This document shows positions 54,960 through 57,672 of a stretch of 57,672 bases of DNA, piece after piece. Origin of the DNA: Anaeromyxobacteraceae bacterium (GTDB lineage Bacteria; Myxococcota; Myxococcia; Myxococcales; Anaeromyxobacteraceae); contig DATLJU010000266.1 of NCBI GenBank assembly GCA_035538735.1, positions 1 through 57,672 of the forward strand, given 5' to 3'. Positions within the stretch are counted from its first letter, which is position 1; each line of letters starts with the position of its first letter. The notes beneath the pieces are model-generated. The model was not told the DNA's origin and ran no database searches. It saw only the letters and a list, made by a program, of their open reading frames with translations. Both the position numbers and the translations under genes were made by a program.

Positions 54960-56819
54960 ATGCCCCCTCGAGTTCTGTCACCGCTCAACGTGCTGCTCGT
55001 CGTCGGCATCGCCGTGGTGTGCTTCCTGCTGGCGCGCGGAGCACCTCCGACCGCTCCGGACCCCGAGATGTCGGCCCGGGACATCCCGTCCGCGACCGCC
55101 CACGTCGCGACGTCGAGCCATCCCCTCGCTCAGGTGCCGCACGTCAGCATCGTGCCGCCCGCCGGGCCCGCCTCGCCCGCGAGCGCGCCGAGCGGCGCGT
55201 TCGAGGGGCGGGTCGTCTCCGCCGCCGACGGCAGCCCGGTGCCGGGTGCGCAGCTCACGTTCGCGCGCGCGGAAGAGGCGTCGTCGGTGGCGGCGCGCGC
55301 CGACGGGGGGTTCCGGTTCGATGCGCGCGTCGCCGGACGGTGGTCGCTCGCCGCCGTCACCGCGCCGGGGTTCCTGCCGTTCGCGCCCGCGTGGGGGGCG
55401 AGCCCGGTGTCGCTCGAGGCCAGGGCGGGCGAGGTCGTGCGCGGCGTCACGATCACGCTCGTGCCGGAGGTAAGTTACGAGGGTCGCGTCGTCGACGAGG
55501 ACGGCGCGCCGCTCCCCGGCGCCGAGGTCCGCATCCTCGGCGACCGCGCGAGCGAGGCCATCGTGCCGCTCGGCGACCGCTTCACGAGCGGCGCCGATGG
55601 CAGGTTCTCCTTCGCCGCGCCCGAGGAGGTCGTGCTGGAGGCGCGCAAGGCCGGGTTCGCGCCCGCCCGCGGGCGCGTGGACTACGCGGTGCGGGTCAGC
55701 GGGCGCCTCACGCTCCGGCTGGCGCGGGTGAGGTCGGAGATCCTCGCGATCGAGGGCATCGTCGAAGACTCCGCTGGGATACCGTTGCCGGGCGCGAGCG
55801 TCACCGCGCAGGCGCGAGCGAGCAGGGACGAGGCCGTTGCGCGGACGGGTGCCGACGGCCGGTTCCGCGTCGACGGGCTCGCGCCCGGGTCGTGGTGGAT
55901 CAGGGCGGAGCGGGCCGGGTCCGCCCCCGCGGCGACGCTCGCGCGGGCCGGCGACGTGGACGTGCGGCTCCGGCTCGTCGCCGGCGGCCGGATCGTGGGA
56001 CGCGTCAGGGATCGCCGCAGCTCGCTGCCGGTCGCGCCCTTCACGGTCATCGTCCAGTCCGTGGCGGTCCGCAGCGTGTCGGTCGTGGATCCCGACGGGC
56101 GGTACGCGCTCGACGACCTCGCTCCGGGAACGGCGATCCTGAGCGTCGTCGCGCCCGGGTACGCGCCGTCCGCCGAGGTGAGGGTGCCGGTCCCGGCGCC
56201 CGGCTCCGGCCCAGCCGTGGCGGACTTCGACCTCGCGCCAGGTGGGCGGCTGGAGGGCGTCGTGCTGTCGCGCCGCAGCCGAGCGCCGCTCGCAGGGGCG
56301 AGCGTCGAGGTGGAAGGCATGCCGACGTCGCTCGGTGTCCCGGTGCGGATCGAGGCGGTGAGCGGTCCCGACGGGAGGTTCGAGCTGGCCGGCGTCTCCG
56401 AGCGGCCGATGAGCCTCTTCGCGGCCGCGCCCGGACACCACGCTCGCGTCATCTCCGTCCCGGGCGTGCGGAGCGGGGACACCGGCGGGCCCGTCGAGAT
56501 CGAGCTCACGCCGCTCGCCGCGGGAGAGGAGCCCAAGGTCGAGCTGGCCGGCATCGGAGTCCAGCTCGCCAAGGAGGGCGAGGCGCTCCGGATCCTGAGG
56601 GTCATCCCTGGCGGCGGCGCGGCCGAGGCCGGGCTCGCTGCCGGCGACGAGGTGGTCGCCATCGACGGTGAGGCCGTGGCGAGCATGACGATCTCCGACG
56701 CGGTGCCGCTCCTGCGCGGTCCCGAGGGGACGACGGTGGCGCTCACCGTGGTGAGGGCCGGGAAGTCCGGGCGGAGCGCGATCGTCGTCGTCGTGCCGAG
56801 GCGGCTCGTGCGCGGGTGA
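54960..56819 (+). CDS. Carboxypeptidase-regulatory-like repeat protein with C-terminal PDZ
   Basis: N-terminal TM, repeated G.V....G.P..GA.V / DG.F beta modules, GIGVQL...GDEVVAIDG PDZ. Confidence 0.85.
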   Translation: MPPRVLSPLNVLLVVGIAVVCFLLARGAPPTAPDPEMSARDIPSATAHVATSSHPLAQVPHVSIVPPAGPASPASAPSGAFEGRVVSAADGSPVPGAQLTFARAEEASSVAARADGGFRFDARVAGRWSLAAVTAPGFLPFAPAWGASPVSLEARAGEVVRGVTITLVPEVSYEGRVVDEDGAPLPGAEVRILGDRASEAIVPLGDRFTSGADGRFSFAAPEEVVLEARKAGFAPARGRVDYAVRVSGRLTLRLARVRSEILAIEGIVEDSAGIPLPGASVTAQARASRDEAVARTGADGRFRVDGLAPGSWWIRAERAGSAPAATLARAGDVDVRLRLVAGGRIVGRVRDRRSSLPVAPFTVIVQSVAVRSVSVVDPDGRYALDDLAPGTAILSVVAPGYAPSAEVRVPVPAPGSGPAVADFDLAPGGRLEGVVLSRRSRAPLAGASVEVEGMPTSLGVPVRIEAVSGPDGRFELAGVSERPMSLFAAAPGHHARVISVPGVRSGDTGGPVEIELTPLAAGEEPKVELAGIGVQLAKEGEALRILRVIPGGGAAEAGLAAGDEVVAIDGEAVASMTISDAVPLLRGPEGTTVALTVVRAGKSGRSAIVVVVPRRLVRG

Positions 56820-56875
56820 TGCGCCGCCCCGCCCGGGCCCGCACCCTTGCGCGCTCGATGAAGTAGGAGGGGCGC

Positions 56876-57672
56876 ATGCACGTCTTCCTCACCGGCGCCA
56901 CGGGGCTCATCGGTCGCGCGCTCGTGCCGGCGCTCCGCGCGGCGGGACACGAGGTGATCGCGCTCTCGCGGCGCGCCGCGCCGGGGCGGTCGCCGGGGGG
57001 CGCCGAGGCGGTCCAGGGCGATCCGACGAGGTCGGGGCCGTGGCAGGAGGCGCTCGCGCGCTGCGACGCGTGCGTACACCTCGCCGGCGAGCCGGTGGCG
57101 GCGGGCCGCTGGAGCGAGGAGCGCAAGCGCGCCATCCGCGAGAGCCGCGTCGCCTCGACCCGCCTCGTCGCGGAGGCGATCGCCCGGGGCGGCCCCCGCG
57201 TCCTCGTCTCGGGGAGCGCCGTGGGGTACTACGGCTCGCGCGGCGACGAGGAGCTCGACGAGACCTCACCACCGGGCGACGATTTCCTCGCGCGGGTCTG
57301 CGTCGCGTGGGAGGAGGCCGCGCGGCCCGCTGCGGCGCGGGCGCGCGTGGTCCTGCTCCGCACCGGCATCGTGCTGGCGTCGGAAGGAGGCGCGCTCCCC
57401 CGGATGGCGCGGCCGTTCCGCTTCTTCGCCGGCGGGCCTCTCGGCGACGGAGCCTTCTGGCAGCCCTGGATCCACCTCGCGGACGAGGTGGGCCTCATCG
57501 TGTGGGCGCTCGGGAACGGCGCGGTGGAAGGGCCGCTCGACGCCACCGCGCCCGCGCCGGTCCGCAACCGCGACCTCACGCGCTCCATCGGCGAGGCGCT
57601 GCGCCGCCCGAGCGTCCTGCCAGCGCCGAGGAGGCTCGTCGAGCTCATGCTGGGCGAGCTGGCGAGCGCTGT
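56876..57672 (+). CDS. TIGR01777/YfcH-family NAD-dependent oxidoreductase (3' end outside window)
   Basis: TGATGLIG, HLAGEP, SGSAVGYYG, LRTGIVL, WIHLAD; GGAGG RBS. Confidence 0.9.
   Translation, partial: MHVFLTGATGLIGRALVPALRAAGHEVIALSRRAAPGRSPGGAEAVQGDPTRSGPWQEALARCDACVHLAGEPVAAGRWSEERKRAIRESRVASTRLVAEAIARGGPRVLVSGSAVGYYGSRGDEELDETSPPGDDFLARVCVAWEEAARPAAARARVVLLRTGIVLASEGGALPRMARPFRFFAGGPLGDGAFWQPWIHLADEVGLIVWALGNGAVEGPLDATAPAPVRNRDLTRSIGEALRRPSVLPAPRRLVELMLGELASA

Overview
GC-rich chromosomal window that looks like Myxococcota/Anaeromyxobacter (inferred from gene order, codon style and GTAG REPs). Left core block: 3' part of rpoD, a tRNA(CAT) whose first base is the last base of the rpoD stop codon, a Zn-ribbon protein, RNase HI and rnpB. 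The last 24 nt of rnpB recur at 6103 (24/24) and 9255 (22/24). These repeats bracket two ~3 kb integrase-less cassettes, one carrying a PAS histidine kinase and one an orphan decaheme OmcA/MtrC-type cytochrome, so rnpB appears to be a tandem integration site. About 26 kb of sigma54-rich accessory DNA follows: a TyrR/PhhR-like activator with ald, a Zn-ADH, a 3-hydroxybutyrate/acetoacetate cluster, an OmpA lipoprotein, and a kdp locus. The kdp locus has a split KdpD, an NtrC-type regulator and a divergent module of a GAFTGA-less bEBP, an aminotransferase lacking the PLP lysine, and a Hanks kinase. A truncated SDR marks the right edge. Right core block: groESL with CIRCE elements, an uncharacterised gene pair, rpoZ, a Gld-like ABC system with a MITE inserted in a stop codon, a DnaC-like/DnaD-like pair, a Ser/Thr kinase, uppS-cdsA-dxr-rseP-tsaB, a second M50 protease, two exported proteins and a partial TIGR01777 oxidoreductase. 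No CRISPR array, rRNA or intact integrase/transposase was seen. All calls are by eye; no searches were run.
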